59,688 bases of DNA from a virus (taxonomy: Duplodnaviria > Caudoviricetes): positions 1-59,688 of the IMG/VR virus record IMGVR_UViG_3300033404_000002; one strand, written 5' to 3'. Under the pieces are notes generated by a model, which saw only the letters and a list, made by a program, of their open reading frames with translations, ran no database searches and was not told the origin of the DNA. Positions 29,081 to 38,556 of the stretch are shown piece by piece (position 1 is the stretch's first letter; each line of letters opens with the position of its first letter). The position numbers and the translations under genes were made by a program.

Positions 29081-29953
29081 TTACTGCTCATCGGCCTGCG
29101 CGTCCGCCTCGTCGTATACCGCATCGCCCAGTGGCGCTTCGGGCACTTCGGGCGCGAGCGTGCCCAGATTTTGAGGCAGCCCGAACGTCGCTTGCTCGTC
29201 GAGCGTGGTCCCGGTCGCCAGCCGCTCGATCGACGTGGGCAGGCGCTTCGAGAGATGCCGGAGCGCCGTTTTCATCCACATCTCATCGGGATAGCGCTGC
29301 CAGGGCGAGCTCGCGCCTTCGGATGAGCGGCTCGCCGCTTTCGCCTGCAGCACCTTGTCACGCGTCAGCACGTCGAACATCACCACATCGGTGTTTTTCA
29401 GCTGCGCGAGCGCGTACGCATGCGTCATCTTGTTCGCGTCTTCGACGCCGCTCACATCGCGGTCGTCGCACGGCACGTGATCGAGAAAGCCTCGCGTGCC
29501 GTACTGATACTGGAACCGGTCGACCGCACCGTACACGACATTCGCCGAGACCATCGCCAGCTCGCCGGACTGATACGCCATTTTGAGTAGCCCGCGGTAG
29601 CCGAGCATGAGCTGCACTTCGCTGCAGCCCTTCTGCGTGTTGCGGAACGGCAGCAGCCAGCACTCGCCATTGATGCCCGGCATCAGCCCCAGCTGCGCCG
29701 CCTGCACCACCGAGCCGACCAGTGAGCTCTGCGTACACTGTAAAAGTTTCGGCTCCAGCGCAACTGAGGTCATGACGAGCTCGATCATGCGTCCCGAGGT
29801 CACCGACCGCGGCAAAACCGCGTCAAACTTCGCTTGATAGCCGCCCAGCAGCGTCCGTACCGTCGCGTGCTGCGTCCGCAGTACCGCTACAGCTCTCTCC
29901 GCCTGATTCGCCGCTCCTGCCGCCGTCTGCGGCCTCGCGCGTGATGCTCCCAT
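29081..29953 (-). CDS. recT: RecT-family single-strand annealing protein
   Basis: PKLLQCTQSSLVG...GECWLLPF...QLMLGYRGL...SPW...EMWMKTALR. Confidence 0.92.
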   Translation of the reverse strand: MGASRARPQTAAGAANQAERAVAVLRTQHATVRTLLGGYQAKFDAVLPRSVTSGRMIELVMTSVALEPKLLQCTQSSLVGSVVQAAQLGLMPGINGECWLLPFRNTQKGCSEVQLMLGYRGLLKMAYQSGELAMVSANVVYGAVDRFQYQYGTRGFLDHVPCDDRDVSGVEDANKMTHAYALAQLKNTDVVMFDVLTRDKVLQAKAASRSSEGASSPWQRYPDEMWMKTALRHLSKRLPTSIERLATGTTLDEQATFGLPQNLGTLAPEVPEAPLGDAVYDEADAQADEQ

Positions 29954-30196
29954 CTGTGCTTACCCCTCTTGTGTGTGTGTGTTTAGGATTGCACTTCGCG
30001 TGAAATATGTACGCCGTCTCGCCGACGATGCGCGGCACGAGCGCCTCGGGCGAGGCAAACGGCTCGCCGCAAAAATCGCAGTGTGCGCGGCGCCATCGTG
30101 CGATCAGCCGCTGCCCGACGTACCAGAGCGCACCGACCACGGGCAGCCACAGCAGCGCCTGTGCGATCCCGACGAGCAGGACGGCCAGCGGACCGC

Positions 30197-31120
30197 TCAC
30201 CGCGGCTTCGGCATGCGCAGCACGGTAAAACTCGTGTCTTCTACGGTGTAGCCTTTGCGCTGCTGCAGTTTGTGCGTCGCCACGCGCCCATCGGGCATGC
30301 GCGCTACTTCCGCATCGCCGAACATGGCAAGGATTCTATTTTTCAGCTCGTCCTCTTTGCCTTTGCAGGTTTTGAGCTCGGCTTTGATCGCGACGAGCGC
30401 GTCCGCCAGCAGCACGAAGTCGTTTCCCACCGCGATCTCCTTTCCGCCGATCGGCTGCGGATACAGCGCCTTGAGCGCGTTCGCGGTAGACACCGATCCG
30501 TCCGCCTCGGGCGCCTCGCCGCGCAGCACCGCGCCGTAAAATTCCTCGGTCCGCGCCACCAGCCGCTCGATGTAGTTCTCATCGCGGCGCACCGGGTGCA
30601 CCTCGAACGCCGCACCGCCAAAGCCGCCCAGACGCAGGTACCCCACGTTCGCACGCCGAAAACCCGTCACGGCGAGCTGATGCTGCACCTGGCAGAAGAC
30701 ATCTTCGGGGACCACGCCGTCCCACTCGTACGACGTGGCTTTCGCCTCGCAGAGCACGTTGAGCTCCTCGCCCCGCGGGCCGACCGCTCGCGCGTCGGGC
30801 GTGCACAGCATCCACGGCCACTTCACAGAGCGCAGCAGCTCGCCCCAGCGTACATGCGCCGTCTTCGTCTTCTCGGCCGTGCGCTCGATGACGTAGTTCT
30901 CGAGAAACTGCCCTAGCCGTGCGCTCTCGCCCGCAGTGGCGTCAAAGTCGTCGACCAGCTTCGAGGCGAACACCGCATAGGGCGAGGTCCAGGGCGAGAG
31001 CCCCATCACAGCGGCCGCGTCCGAGCTGCCGATGCCGCCCTGGCGAAGCCGCAGCCACTCCGTGCGCGTCACGTCCGCGCCGATCACCTCAAACGCTGGC
31101 TGTTTCCCCATGCGCGCCAC
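30197..31120 (-). CDS. YqaJ-like viral recombinase exonuclease
   Basis: WLRLRQGGIGSSDAAAVMGLSPW...CTPD...EAKAT...QVQHQLAVTG. Confidence 0.9.
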   Translation of the reverse strand: MARMGKQPAFEVIGADVTRTEWLRLRQGGIGSSDAAAVMGLSPWTSPYAVFASKLVDDFDATAGESARLGQFLENYVIERTAEKTKTAHVRWGELLRSVKWPWMLCTPDARAVGPRGEELNVLCEAKATSYEWDGVVPEDVFCQVQHQLAVTGFRRANVGYLRLGGFGGAAFEVHPVRRDENYIERLVARTEEFYGAVLRGEAPEADGSVSTANALKALYPQPIGGKEIAVGNDFVLLADALVAIKAELKTCKGKEDELKNRILAMFGDAEVARMPDGRVATHKLQQRKGYTVEDTSFTVLRMPKPR

Positions 31121-31156
31121 GATAGCGTGGCCGCATGCACAAGTCGATAGCGCAGC

Positions 31157-31402
31157 TCAGTGCGTGGTGTCGGGCGGCGCGTCCTCACCCGGCTCGGCGT
31201 GCGTGCCGTCGCGGGTGACCGCCTCCCAGCGGTCCATCGCCCGGTTGAACTCCGCGCAGAGCGTCGCTTGGATCGCGCGCAGCTGCGCAGGCAGCGCGGC
31301 GAGCTCGGGCGAATCCGCCTCGATCGTCTGCACACCATCGAGCAGCCTCTTGGCGTCGTCATGCGCGTGCATCAGTGCCTGAATACGTTGCCTAATTTTC
31401 AT
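31157..31402 (-). CDS. Hypothetical protein
   Basis: Coupled ORF. Confidence 0.5.
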   Translation of the reverse strand: MKIRQRIQALMHAHDDAKRLLDGVQTIEADSPELAALPAQLRAIQATLCAEFNRAMDRWEAVTRDGTHAEPGEDAPPDTTH

Positions 31403-32984
31403 AGCGTGGTCCGTCCCTCTCAGCTGTCAGCCGCCCGCTCGACCAGTCAAGCTCAAGCCGCGCGCGCGTGCCGATCTCTGCACTCCAGCCCTTCACCACC
31501 TCGAGATGCTTCACGCGCGAGGGGTCGATATCGTCCTTCGTCATCACCAGCGACAGATGCGCCTTGTGATCGACGAAGCGGCCGAAACTCTGGCCGCTGC
31601 GGTTCGTCTCGCCCAGCGCCAGAAACGAGATCTCGCCGCCCAGCGCGCTCGTCACGTTGAGCGCCCACATTGCGAGGCGCTTGAGCGCGCTCACACCGAA
31701 CGTATCGCGCGACCCTTCCGTAGCGATCAGCCCTTGGTCGATAAAGCTGGTGATCGAATCGAAGACGACGAGCATGCGATCCTCGGTCACGCGGCTCGCG
31801 ATGAGCTCGATCAATCTCGGCAGATCGGCACCGAAGCGCACATCGATCAGTTCCCAGCGCTCGGGCGTCACCTCCGGATCAAGCCCGATCCCGCGCAGAT
31901 ACGCACTCACGCGGCGGGCAATCGTTACGGCCGGCATCTCGGCGTTCAGGTAGAGCGCATGCCAACCACCGTAAATCGCCGCGCTCACCGAACTCGCGAC
32001 CGCCAGGAACGACTTGCCCGCACCGGGACCACCTGAGACGAGCGTGAAACCCTGAAACTCCGTGATCGGGCTGATTCCGTCGATGCCCGACGTCCAGGTC
32101 GGCGCTGCGACACTTCGCGCGAGCGCTCCGAAATCCGTGACCACGCGGAAGGGATCTCCGATCTCCAGACTCGCGCGGATGATGCGGCGCTTCGCCGCAA
32201 GCGGATCGGCTGCAGCTTGCTCGTCCTCGCTCGCAACCGGGACGAATTCGTGCAAGCCCTTGCCGGCCAGTAGATGGTCCGAGGCGTCCTTGCCGGTCGC
32301 CGCTTCCACGATGCGCAGTTTCACTGCGAACGCTCGCAGCGCTTTGTATACCTTCGCGCCGTGCTCGCGGCCGGCGGGGTCCTTGTCCTGCACGATCGTC
32401 ACGTCGGCGCCCCGGAACAGCGCGCCGTACTCGGGCCGGAATTTTCCCGCTCCGCCGCTGTTGCACGTCGCGACCGCGCCGGCGTGCTCGAGCGCGTGCA
32501 CGTCGCGTTCGCCCTCGCACACGTGCACCGGGTCGCCCGCATCGATCGCGCGCAGTAGCTCGGGCAGGCGATACAGAAGCGTGCTTACGCCGTGCATGTT
32601 CCACGTCCAGCCGCCTCGCCCGTCCGGGCGGCGCTGCATAAAACCCTTGGGCTCTCTGCGCTCGACTTGATAGACCAGCTTGCCCTGCGCATCGCGGTAG
32701 TCGTACCGCTCGACGACCTTGGCTCGGCGCGAGTGCGAGATCGGCGTGCGGCTGGCGTTATGCGTCACACCGCATTTGCACGCACCCTCGAGCAGATGCG
32801 CGTACGCACCGCCCGCGTTTTGCGGCAATCCGCCCGCGAATTCCTCGCGCGTGCAGCAGATGAATTCTTCGGTCTGGTAGCCCGCACAGCGGATGCCCTG
32901 CCCGCGCATCGCGCGGTCGTAGCCTTGGCAGATCGGACACGGTGAATCGCGGGTGAGAAAGCGCGCCGTGATCTTCTGCGTCAT
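31392..32984 (-). CDS. Primase-helicase (Zn finger, TOPRIM and RecA/DnaB-like ATPase)
   Basis: CPIC; YDYRD; VCEGERD; DKDPAG; Walker A GGPGAGKS; Walker B VVFDS. Confidence 0.85.
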   Translation of the reverse strand: MTQKITARFLTRDSPCPICQGYDRAMRGQGIRCAGYQTEEFICCTREEFAGGLPQNAGGAYAHLLEGACKCGVTHNASRTPISHSRRAKVVERYDYRDAQGKLVYQVERREPKGFMQRRPDGRGGWTWNMHGVSTLLYRLPELLRAIDAGDPVHVCEGERDVHALEHAGAVATCNSGGAGKFRPEYGALFRGADVTIVQDKDPAGREHGAKVYKALRAFAVKLRIVEAATGKDASDHLLAGKGLHEFVPVASEDEQAAADPLAAKRRIIRASLEIGDPFRVVTDFGALARSVAAPTWTSGIDGISPITEFQGFTLVSGGPGAGKSFLAVASSVSAAIYGGWHALYLNAEMPAVTIARRVSAYLRGIGLDPEVTPERWELIDVRFGADLPRLIELIASRVTEDRMLVVFDSITSFIDQGLIATEGSRDTFGVSALKRLAMWALNVTSALGGEISFLALGETNRSGQSFGRFVDHKAHLSLVMTKDDIDPSRVKHLEVVKGWSAEIGTRARLELDWSSGRLTAERDGPRYEN

Positions 32985-33997
32985 CGCTCGTCTCGCTCGC
33001 CGCCCAGGACGGTGATGTTTTTCGCCCATGCCTTCATGAGCGCCTCATCGCTCGGCATCGGGCGCAGCGGGTTGCCGTTTATGTCGGTCGGCGGACCGCG
33101 CTCCGCATCTTCGCGGCGACGACGTTCGGCTACCTGCTCGCGAAGCGCCTGCAACTGATACTCGCGGTACTTCGAGCCCGGCTCGATCTGGCGCAGGTAC
33201 TGCCGCCAGTAGCGAAGGATCACACTGCGCAGCGTGGTGCGCTTGCCGTTGAGCTCGGACTCGGCCACGGCTTCCTCGGCGATCCGTAGCTGCGTGTGCA
33301 GCCAAAGCTCTTTCTCGCGGTCCAGCGCTTCGCCGGGTGCATCGCTGAGAATGTTGAGCGCCCGCTGAACATCGCGCTTCAGCGCCGCGATTGCAACAGC
33401 GGACTCCGTCGCCGGATCGGATTCCACCGGCAGCTGCGGTTGCGTGAGCCTCTCATCTTTTGAGATTGAGTGAGAGTTGAGTGGCGCCGAAGGCGCAGGG
33501 CGCGAAGCGCCCTCCGGTTCCGGCGCTCGCTCGTCCGAGCGTGCCGCCAGACCCACTCCACTACCACCAGACACCAGACCAGAACCACCAGACCAGAGCC
33601 CGGATTCCCCGGGGGATCCGCGGAGCTCCGCGGAATTCCGCGGACAGTCGCGGGGATCCGGAAACTTGCTTGTTTCCGCACGTTTAGACTTGCCCCTGTG
33701 CTTCTCCCAATTTATGAGGGCGAGATATTGCCACCCCCCCACAGTGTAAACCTGCACAGGCCCGGACCCGGACGGGTCGCACTGCTGTAGCTCAGTGAGC
33801 CACCCTTGAATTTCAGCCTCTGTCACGTCCGGACGGGCCGGAAAGCAAACAGAACGCAAAACTTCGAGGCGAGCATCGCACCGGCCGAATTCGTCCACGG
33901 CCAAAATCAGCCGCTGAAAAAACCAGTCTGCGCCGCGGCTCACACGACTCAGAGAACGGCTAGAGAGAATGTCGCCTCGGATTACTCGGCTCGGCAT
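32981..33997 (-). CDS. Phage replication initiator (replisome-organiser/DnaD-like N-terminus)
   Basis: MPSRVIRGDILSS...FFQRLILAVDEFGR...YLALINWEKH; central low-complexity repeat region. Confidence 0.75.
   Translation of the reverse strand: MPSRVIRGDILSSRSLSRVSRGADWFFQRLILAVDEFGRCDARLEVLRSVCFPARPDVTEAEIQGWLTELQQCDPSGSGPVQVYTVGGWQYLALINWEKHRGKSKRAETSKFPDPRDCPRNSAELRGSPGESGLWSGGSGLVSGGSGVGLAARSDERAPEPEGASRPAPSAPLNSHSISKDERLTQPQLPVESDPATESAVAIAALKRDVQRALNILSDAPGEALDREKELWLHTQLRIAEEAVAESELNGKRTTLRSVILRYWRQYLRQIEPGSKYREYQLQALREQVAERRRREDAERGPPTDINGNPLRPMPSDEALMKAWAKNITVLGGERDER
33546..33661. repeat. Intragenic repeat cluster (CCAGA repeats; 10-bp-periodic TCCGCGGA palindromes)
   Basis: GGGGATCCGC GGAGCTCCGC GGAATTCCGC GGACAGTCGC GGGGATCCGG, preceded by ACCAGAC repeats. 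Confidence 0.6.
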
Positions 33998-34066
33998 CTA
34001 CTCGCCCTCCCGCAGGCAACTCGTGCGCAACTTCGCGGTGAGCTTGACGTGACCTATCTGTTCGAC

Positions 34067-34193
34067 CAGCATGGGCTGACTCCTGTGTTCATTGGTTTTC
34101 CCGTGTTCATTGGTTTTCCCGTGTTCATGGGTTTGCTCTCGTGTTCATGAGTTTTCCTCTGTTCATCGGTCCTTTGTGCATGGGTTGCTCCTG
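34067..34193. repeat. Degenerate ~18-bp tandem repeat array with GTGTTCAT core
   Basis: Cores at 34085, 34103, 34121, 34141, 34159 and 34174; exact GTGTTCATTGGTTTTCCC twice. Confidence 0.85.
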
Positions 34194-34320
34194 CTCTCTA
34201 GTGAGATTCAACTCAAGTCAAGCTGTCAGCGGGTACTCGGGCCCCATGAGAAACGCACTCATGGGGCCCTCTTCGTTCGGCCGCCGGCATCATGCCGAGC
34301 CCGCAATTCACACGCAAGAC

Positions 34321-34340
34321 TGTGGAAAACGTGTGGAAAA
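34321..34340 (-). promoter_or_regulatory. Two tandem DnaA boxes (TTTTCCACA)
   Basis: TGTGGAAAA at 34321 and 34332 matches consensus TTWTNCACA on the minus strand. Confidence 0.6.
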
Positions 34341-34790
34341 CCCCGTGCGGCTTATGCTTTTTCTTCGGAATTGCGCTATTCAATCCTGCATGCCGTTGTT
34401 ATGGCTGCATCACAATCCCGGTTTCTGGTATCTGACACACGACGGGCTCACACTCGTGCGCAAGGTGCAGCGCATCACGCTCTGCGGTGTGCGGTTCCTG
34501 ATCGATCCCGAGGGGCAGCGCCGTGCGCGCGCGGCGAGCAAGCGCGTCACGCACGCGTGGGCGGTCGGGACCGAGCACGCGGCCATCCGCGCGCCGGGCC
34601 AGCCCTGCAGCTACAGCGCGAGCGGCTCGGGCGAGTTTGAGGCATACGACGGCGCGCTGTGGTTGACCCTGCTCGGCGCCGCCTACGCCACGTTTTGGTG
34701 TGACGCCCAGGGCGACGCCAAGGCTTCCGTCATCGGCCCGCTACGCGGCCGTGCCGAGCGCAGACGCGTGCAGCAGTACGGGGGCCACGT

Positions 34791-35123
34791 GTGATCGCCC
34801 GAGTGCGCGAAGATCGCATGAACGGGCTCGAGCGCGACTACGCCTATCAGCTGTGGCTGCGCCAGCGAGCGGGCGAGGTGCGCAGCTACGCATTTGAAGG
34901 CATCAAGCTGCGGCTTGGCTTTGATGCGTGGTACACGCCGGATTTCGCGCCCGTGTGGCTCGCCGATGACACCGTCGAGATCCATGAGTGCAAAGGACGG
35001 TGGAGAGAAGCGGCGCGCGTGCGCATCAAAGCCGCCGCCGCACTGCATCCGATTTTCCGCTTCGTCGCGGTGACGCGCACGCAGGGCGTCTGGCGCTTCG
35101 AGTCGATACCGAGCTGGCCGTGA
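34791..35123 (+). CDS. PD-(D/E)XK endonuclease (DUF1064-like; possible resolvase)
   Basis: MNGLERDYA...YTPDF...EIHECKG...ARVRIKAAA. Confidence 0.75.
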   Translation: MIARVREDRMNGLERDYAYQLWLRQRAGEVRSYAFEGIKLRLGFDAWYTPDFAPVWLADDTVEIHECKGRWREAARVRIKAAAALHPIFRFVAVTRTQGVWRFESIPSWP

Positions 35124-35494
35124 AAGTCTTCGCGTACGCGGCGCCGACCCGGCGCTACCCGCTACAGACCGTGCTCGAGCTGCTGCATGACCGCGTCTAC
35201 TCGGCGATCCCACGCAGCCATTACGTCGAGATCTGGGGCGCCGACATTGCCACGATGCAGCCCGAGCTCGGCCTCATCCGCGCGCTGCACCGCAAATACG
35301 CTCCCGATCACGTCTGGATCATCGGCCGCAAGGAATCGGCCGCGCAAGGGCTGGCGCTGCGCGGCTACTACCAGCCGCTGGATTCGCGTCAGCCCGCTGT
35401 GCTCGGGATCCCGCACCCCGCACCCGGCCCACACTGGGGCAAGCCCGAGAACGCCGAGCTGTGGGCGGAATTTATCCGCGCGCACACGACGTAA
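35120..35494 (+). CDS. Hypothetical protein with uracil-DNA-glycosylase-like C-terminal motifs
   Basis: PDHVWIIGRK and LGIPHPAP...W resemble UDG superfamily strands and HPS motif. Confidence 0.4.
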   Translation: MKVFAYAAPTRRYPLQTVLELLHDRVYSAIPRSHYVEIWGADIATMQPELGLIRALHRKYAPDHVWIIGRKESAAQGLALRGYYQPLDSRQPAVLGIPHPAPGPHWGKPENAELWAEFIRAHTT

Positions 35495-35501
35495 GCGTGC
35501 G

Positions 35502-35837
35502 CTAGCTCGCTCGCCGGCCGCTTCCCGTGTCCGCGGGCAGCTCGCCGCGCTCCTGCGCTTCACGGCGCATGCGCTCGAGCTTCTGTGCGACCTTTTTTTG
35601 CTCCGCCAGCCGCGCCAGCCGCCCATCCATCCGCCGCACCCCGCGCATCAGATCGTCGGGCAGCAGATCCTCGAGCGAGACCTCGCCGAGCGTGCCGCGC
35701 ACGATCGCGGCACACGTATGCGCCTGCGGCGTTTTGCCCGTGGTGAGCCGCGACACCGTGCTTTGCGGTACGCCGAGCACCTCCGCGACCTCCGTCTGAC
35801 TCATGCCGTATTTCGTCATCCACTTCGCGAATTTCAA
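35502..35837 (-). CDS. Cro/CI-type HTH transcriptional regulator
   Basis: MSQTEVAEVLGVPQSTVSRLTTG...GEVSLEDL; AAGGAG RBS; divergent from plus-strand arm. Confidence 0.85.
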   Translation of the reverse strand: MKFAKWMTKYGMSQTEVAEVLGVPQSTVSRLTTGKTPQAHTCAAIVRGTLGEVSLEDLLPDDLMRGVRRMDGRLARLAEQKKVAQKLERMRREAQERGELPADTGSGRRAS

Positions 35838-35926
35838 CGCGTGCTCCTTTGCCCCTCAATGGCCTCATCGGACGGCGGGCACAGAACTTGACTAGGGTAT
35901 CAAAGTTTCGATTCCCGCGGCGCGGC

Positions 35927-35955
35927 TTGCACCCGGCTATCGATCCGTAGATACT
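35927..35955 (+). promoter_or_regulatory. Sigma70-like promoter overlapping a TATCGA-N4-TAGATA operator-like palindrome
   Basis: TTGCAC-17-GATACT. Confidence 0.5.
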
Positions 35956-36011
35956 CCCGTAGGCTGCGGGCGCGCGTGGCGTGGCCGCGCCCCAGCCACG
36001 AAAGGAGCCTC

Positions 36012-36341
36012 ATGGCCGAGACCGAAAAGCTTCACGAGATGGTCGAGCAGGCGATTGCGCGGGCGGTCCAGCACTGCCCTACTCCCTACATGGCCGATGG
36101 CGTCGAGCTCTACCTGCGGCGCGGCATCGCGACGGGTGGATTCATGCAGGCGCTGCTGCGCAACGACCTCATGGAATCCTTTGCGCAGGCAGACGATAAC
36201 AACCGGCATCTGATGTTTCGGTGGGCCGAGTGGCTCTACAATCACTGCCCACGCGCTGCCGCCGGCTCGGCCGAGAAAGTCGAGCAGTGGAAAGCGATGG
36301 GCGGATTTACCGGCGCTGCGGCTGCGGATTCCCCACAGTAA
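36012..36341 (+). CDS. Conserved phage hypothetical protein
   Basis: AAGGAG RBS; GGFMQALLRNDL...AD..N...WLYNHCP...GS..V..W. Confidence 0.7.
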   Translation: MAETEKLHEMVEQAIARAVQHCPTPYMADGVELYLRRGIATGGFMQALLRNDLMESFAQADDNNRHLMFRWAEWLYNHCPRAAAGSAEKVEQWKAMGGFTGAAAADSPQ

Positions 36342-36377
36342 GGGGCCGGCGCGCTACCCACCGATCCCGCTGGTAGA

Positions 36378-36884
36378 GTGGACCGCATGCCCGCAGACGT
36401 GCACGAGCTCTCCGAGCGCATCAGCGTTGTAGAGACCGGGCTCGAAGGGCTGCGCAATCAGATCGGCGGACTGGGGCGAAGTCTCGAGAAGTACGCCACC
36501 GACACCGATCGCTCGATCACGACGATCGGCACGCGGCTCTCCGAGAGCGCACGCACGCCCTGGGGAACGCTCGCCGCGTGGGCTTCCGTCGTGCTCGCGA
36601 TCGGCGCGGTGTGGATGATGGGCTACGTGCGCGACCTCGAGCGCCTCGAGGCGGCGCTGCGCAGCGTCGACGCCACGCAGGACGCACACCAGCACGACGG
36701 CCATCCCGCGCGCCTCGAAGCGATGATTATCGCGCTACAAGAGCGCGCACTGCGCATCGAAGATGAGCTCCGCACCGTACGTAGCAACCGCTTTACCGCG
36801 GCAGACGGACTGCAACTCGAGCGCAGGATCGAGCGCGAACTCGACTGGCTGCGCAGCAAGCTGCAGCGCGCAGACGCCGACTGA
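36378..36884 (+). CDS. Coiled-coil single-TM membrane protein
   Basis: Central TM WASVVLAIGAVWMMG. Confidence 0.6.
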   Translation: MDRMPADVHELSERISVVETGLEGLRNQIGGLGRSLEKYATDTDRSITTIGTRLSESARTPWGTLAAWASVVLAIGAVWMMGYVRDLERLEAALRSVDATQDAHQHDGHPARLEAMIIALQERALRIEDELRTVRSNRFTAADGLQLERRIERELDWLRSKLQRADAD

Positions 36885-36891
36885 AGAGCTA

Positions 36892-36918
36892 TCAAGTTTT
36901 CAATATCGCCGCCGATAC
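36892..36918 (+). promoter_or_regulatory. Sigma28-like promoter
   Basis: TCAA-N15-GCCGATAC. Confidence 0.55.
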
Positions 36919-36958
36919 GTATCTCAGGAGCCGGGGACAGCAAAGGGGAGATACAGGC

Positions 36959-37186
36959 ATGGTTGATTCAGTAGCACTGGCACAGGTCGAGCGGTTTGAG
37001 GCAGGCATCCGGGCGCGCAGCACCGAGATCGCAGAGCAGGATATCGTGCGGATCTCTCTGCTCAGCTACGTCGCGGCAGGCGAGACGATCAGAGGCGAGT
37101 TCAGCTCCGATCTGTGCACGCTGCTCAGCGACGCGCACGCACGCATCGAGCGCGCCAGACTGCGCGCCCTGCAGGTGATCAATTGA
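36959..37186 (+). CDS. Hypothetical protein
   Basis: GGAG RBS; downstream of the promoter motif. Confidence 0.55.
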   Translation: MVDSVALAQVERFEAGIRARSTEIAEQDIVRISLLSYVAAGETIRGEFSSDLCTLLSDAHARIERARLRALQVIN

Positions 37187-37406
37187 GCGACCGGCTTTGC
37201 CCGCGAGCCGAAGCGAAAGCGCGCTGCATCCGCCTCACCTCGAGACCAGGGCCCACCCGTGGCGCGCACTTCGCCGCGGCGCTCCTGGACCGCCTCGAGG
37301 CCGAGCCCGACATGATTGTCGAGCGGCATCACTGGGCGCTACTCGAGGGCTTCGAGCTGCTCGCGGGGTTTCGCCCGCGCCCGCCGCGTATGCCAGAATA
37401 GGCCGC

Positions 37407-37697
37407 ATGGGAGCTCCCGTGCCGGCGCAGTCCGCTGCCCTCTATATCGTGGGCATCTACGAGCACACAGTGCTCGTGGGCCGCATTTCGGCCATGAACA
37501 AGGCGCGCGCCGAGGAAATTTTGCAGCGCAGGCCCGGCCCCGACGGTGAACAGCTCCAGGAGTGGCAGAGCGGCACGCGCTGGGAGCTGCTCGGCACCTA
37601 TCCCGAGCTCGTCGCCGGCTGGACGTTCGACCGCGCCGACGAGGCATACGCCGTCGCACGGACCAACCAAATCAGCTACCCGCGTCCCGACCGCTAG
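37407..37697 (+). CDS. Hypothetical protein
   Basis: Co-oriented ORF. Confidence 0.45.
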   Translation: MGAPVPAQSAALYIVGIYEHTVLVGRISAMNKARAEEILQRRPGPDGEQLQEWQSGTRWELLGTYPELVAGWTFDRADEAYAVARTNQISYPRPDR

Positions 37698-37741
37698 CAC
37701 GCCCGCCGCACTACTTGCGCGCACTTGATAGTCTTGGCCCG

Positions 37742-38311
37742 GTGACCGGACTGTCAGCCGAAACGGTGCTCTGGCGCTGCCTCGCCCTGCAGCAGCGCCT
37801 GGAATCGATCCCCAGCCGCCCGCTCGCCCACGCCCGCGGCCTGCAGTTTGGCGCCCGCTGTATCGCCTGCCGCCGGCCGGCCGAAGAGGCGCGGCTCGAG
37901 GAGTACGACGCGGAGCGCCGCGCCAGCCGCTGGCTGTGCATGCACTGCGGCTGCGCATGGCCGGTGAACGTGGCGTTTCTGCTCCGCGGCGGGCTGCACG
38001 AGACCCGCCGCAGCGGCCGCGCCGACGAGCTCGCCGAGCTCGCCACGCTGCGCGCCATCCTCGAGCGGCTCACCGCACGCCAGCAGGTGACCTACCTGCT
38101 CCTATATCAGTATGAAAACATTAGGGATTTCGATCTTTTGGCCGCGGCTCTGCGCAGCCGCTTCCCGCGCATGGCCGTGCCGCACGGCAGCCGCGGACCG
38201 CGCCCGGAGCAGTGGAGCGCGTGGGCTGCCCGCACCGTGGTCACCGAGTCGCGCGCGCGCATCACAGCGGAAATCCGCGCACGCGGCCTTGCCCCTGCGC
38301 TGGTCGGCTGA
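37742..38311 (+). CDS. Zn-finger protein with sigma-region-4-like C-terminus (possible regulator)
   Basis: CIAC...CMHC; LERLTARQQVTYLLLYQYE. Confidence 0.45.
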   Translation: MTGLSAETVLWRCLALQQRLESIPSRPLAHARGLQFGARCIACRRPAEEARLEEYDAERRASRWLCMHCGCAWPVNVAFLLRGGLHETRRSGRADELAELATLRAILERLTARQQVTYLLLYQYENIRDFDLLAAALRSRFPRMAVPHGSRGPRPEQWSAWAARTVVTESRARITAEIRARGLAPALVG

Positions 38312-38313
38312 GC

Positions 38314-38556
38314 ATGCCTTGGGAGCGCTGCATCGGCCTCGAGCCGCCCACAGCCGAGGTCATGAACCGCTGGGAAGCTGAGGGCTGGCAGCGCATACAG
38401 GTCATCGCAGCGCCCGCCACGCACTCCCAGACCGGCGAGTCCGCCGGAGCGGTCTACGTCGTCTGGCTGTGGCGCCCCAGAGGGGGCACCTACAAGCGTC
38501 CCGCGTTCCCCGTACGCCTGGCACCGCGCGCTCTCGGTCCTCTCGATGACGCCTGA
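38314..38556 (+). CDS. Hypothetical protein
   Basis: EVMNRWEAEGWQRIQVI motif. Confidence 0.5.
   Translation: MPWERCIGLEPPTAEVMNRWEAEGWQRIQVIAAPATHSQTGESAGAVYVVWLWRPRGGTYKRPAFPVRLAPRALGPLDDA

Noticed and set aside
34067-34193. Mini CRISPR array
   Set aside because: The period is only 15-20 bp with no unique spacers of CRISPR length, and no cas genes are present
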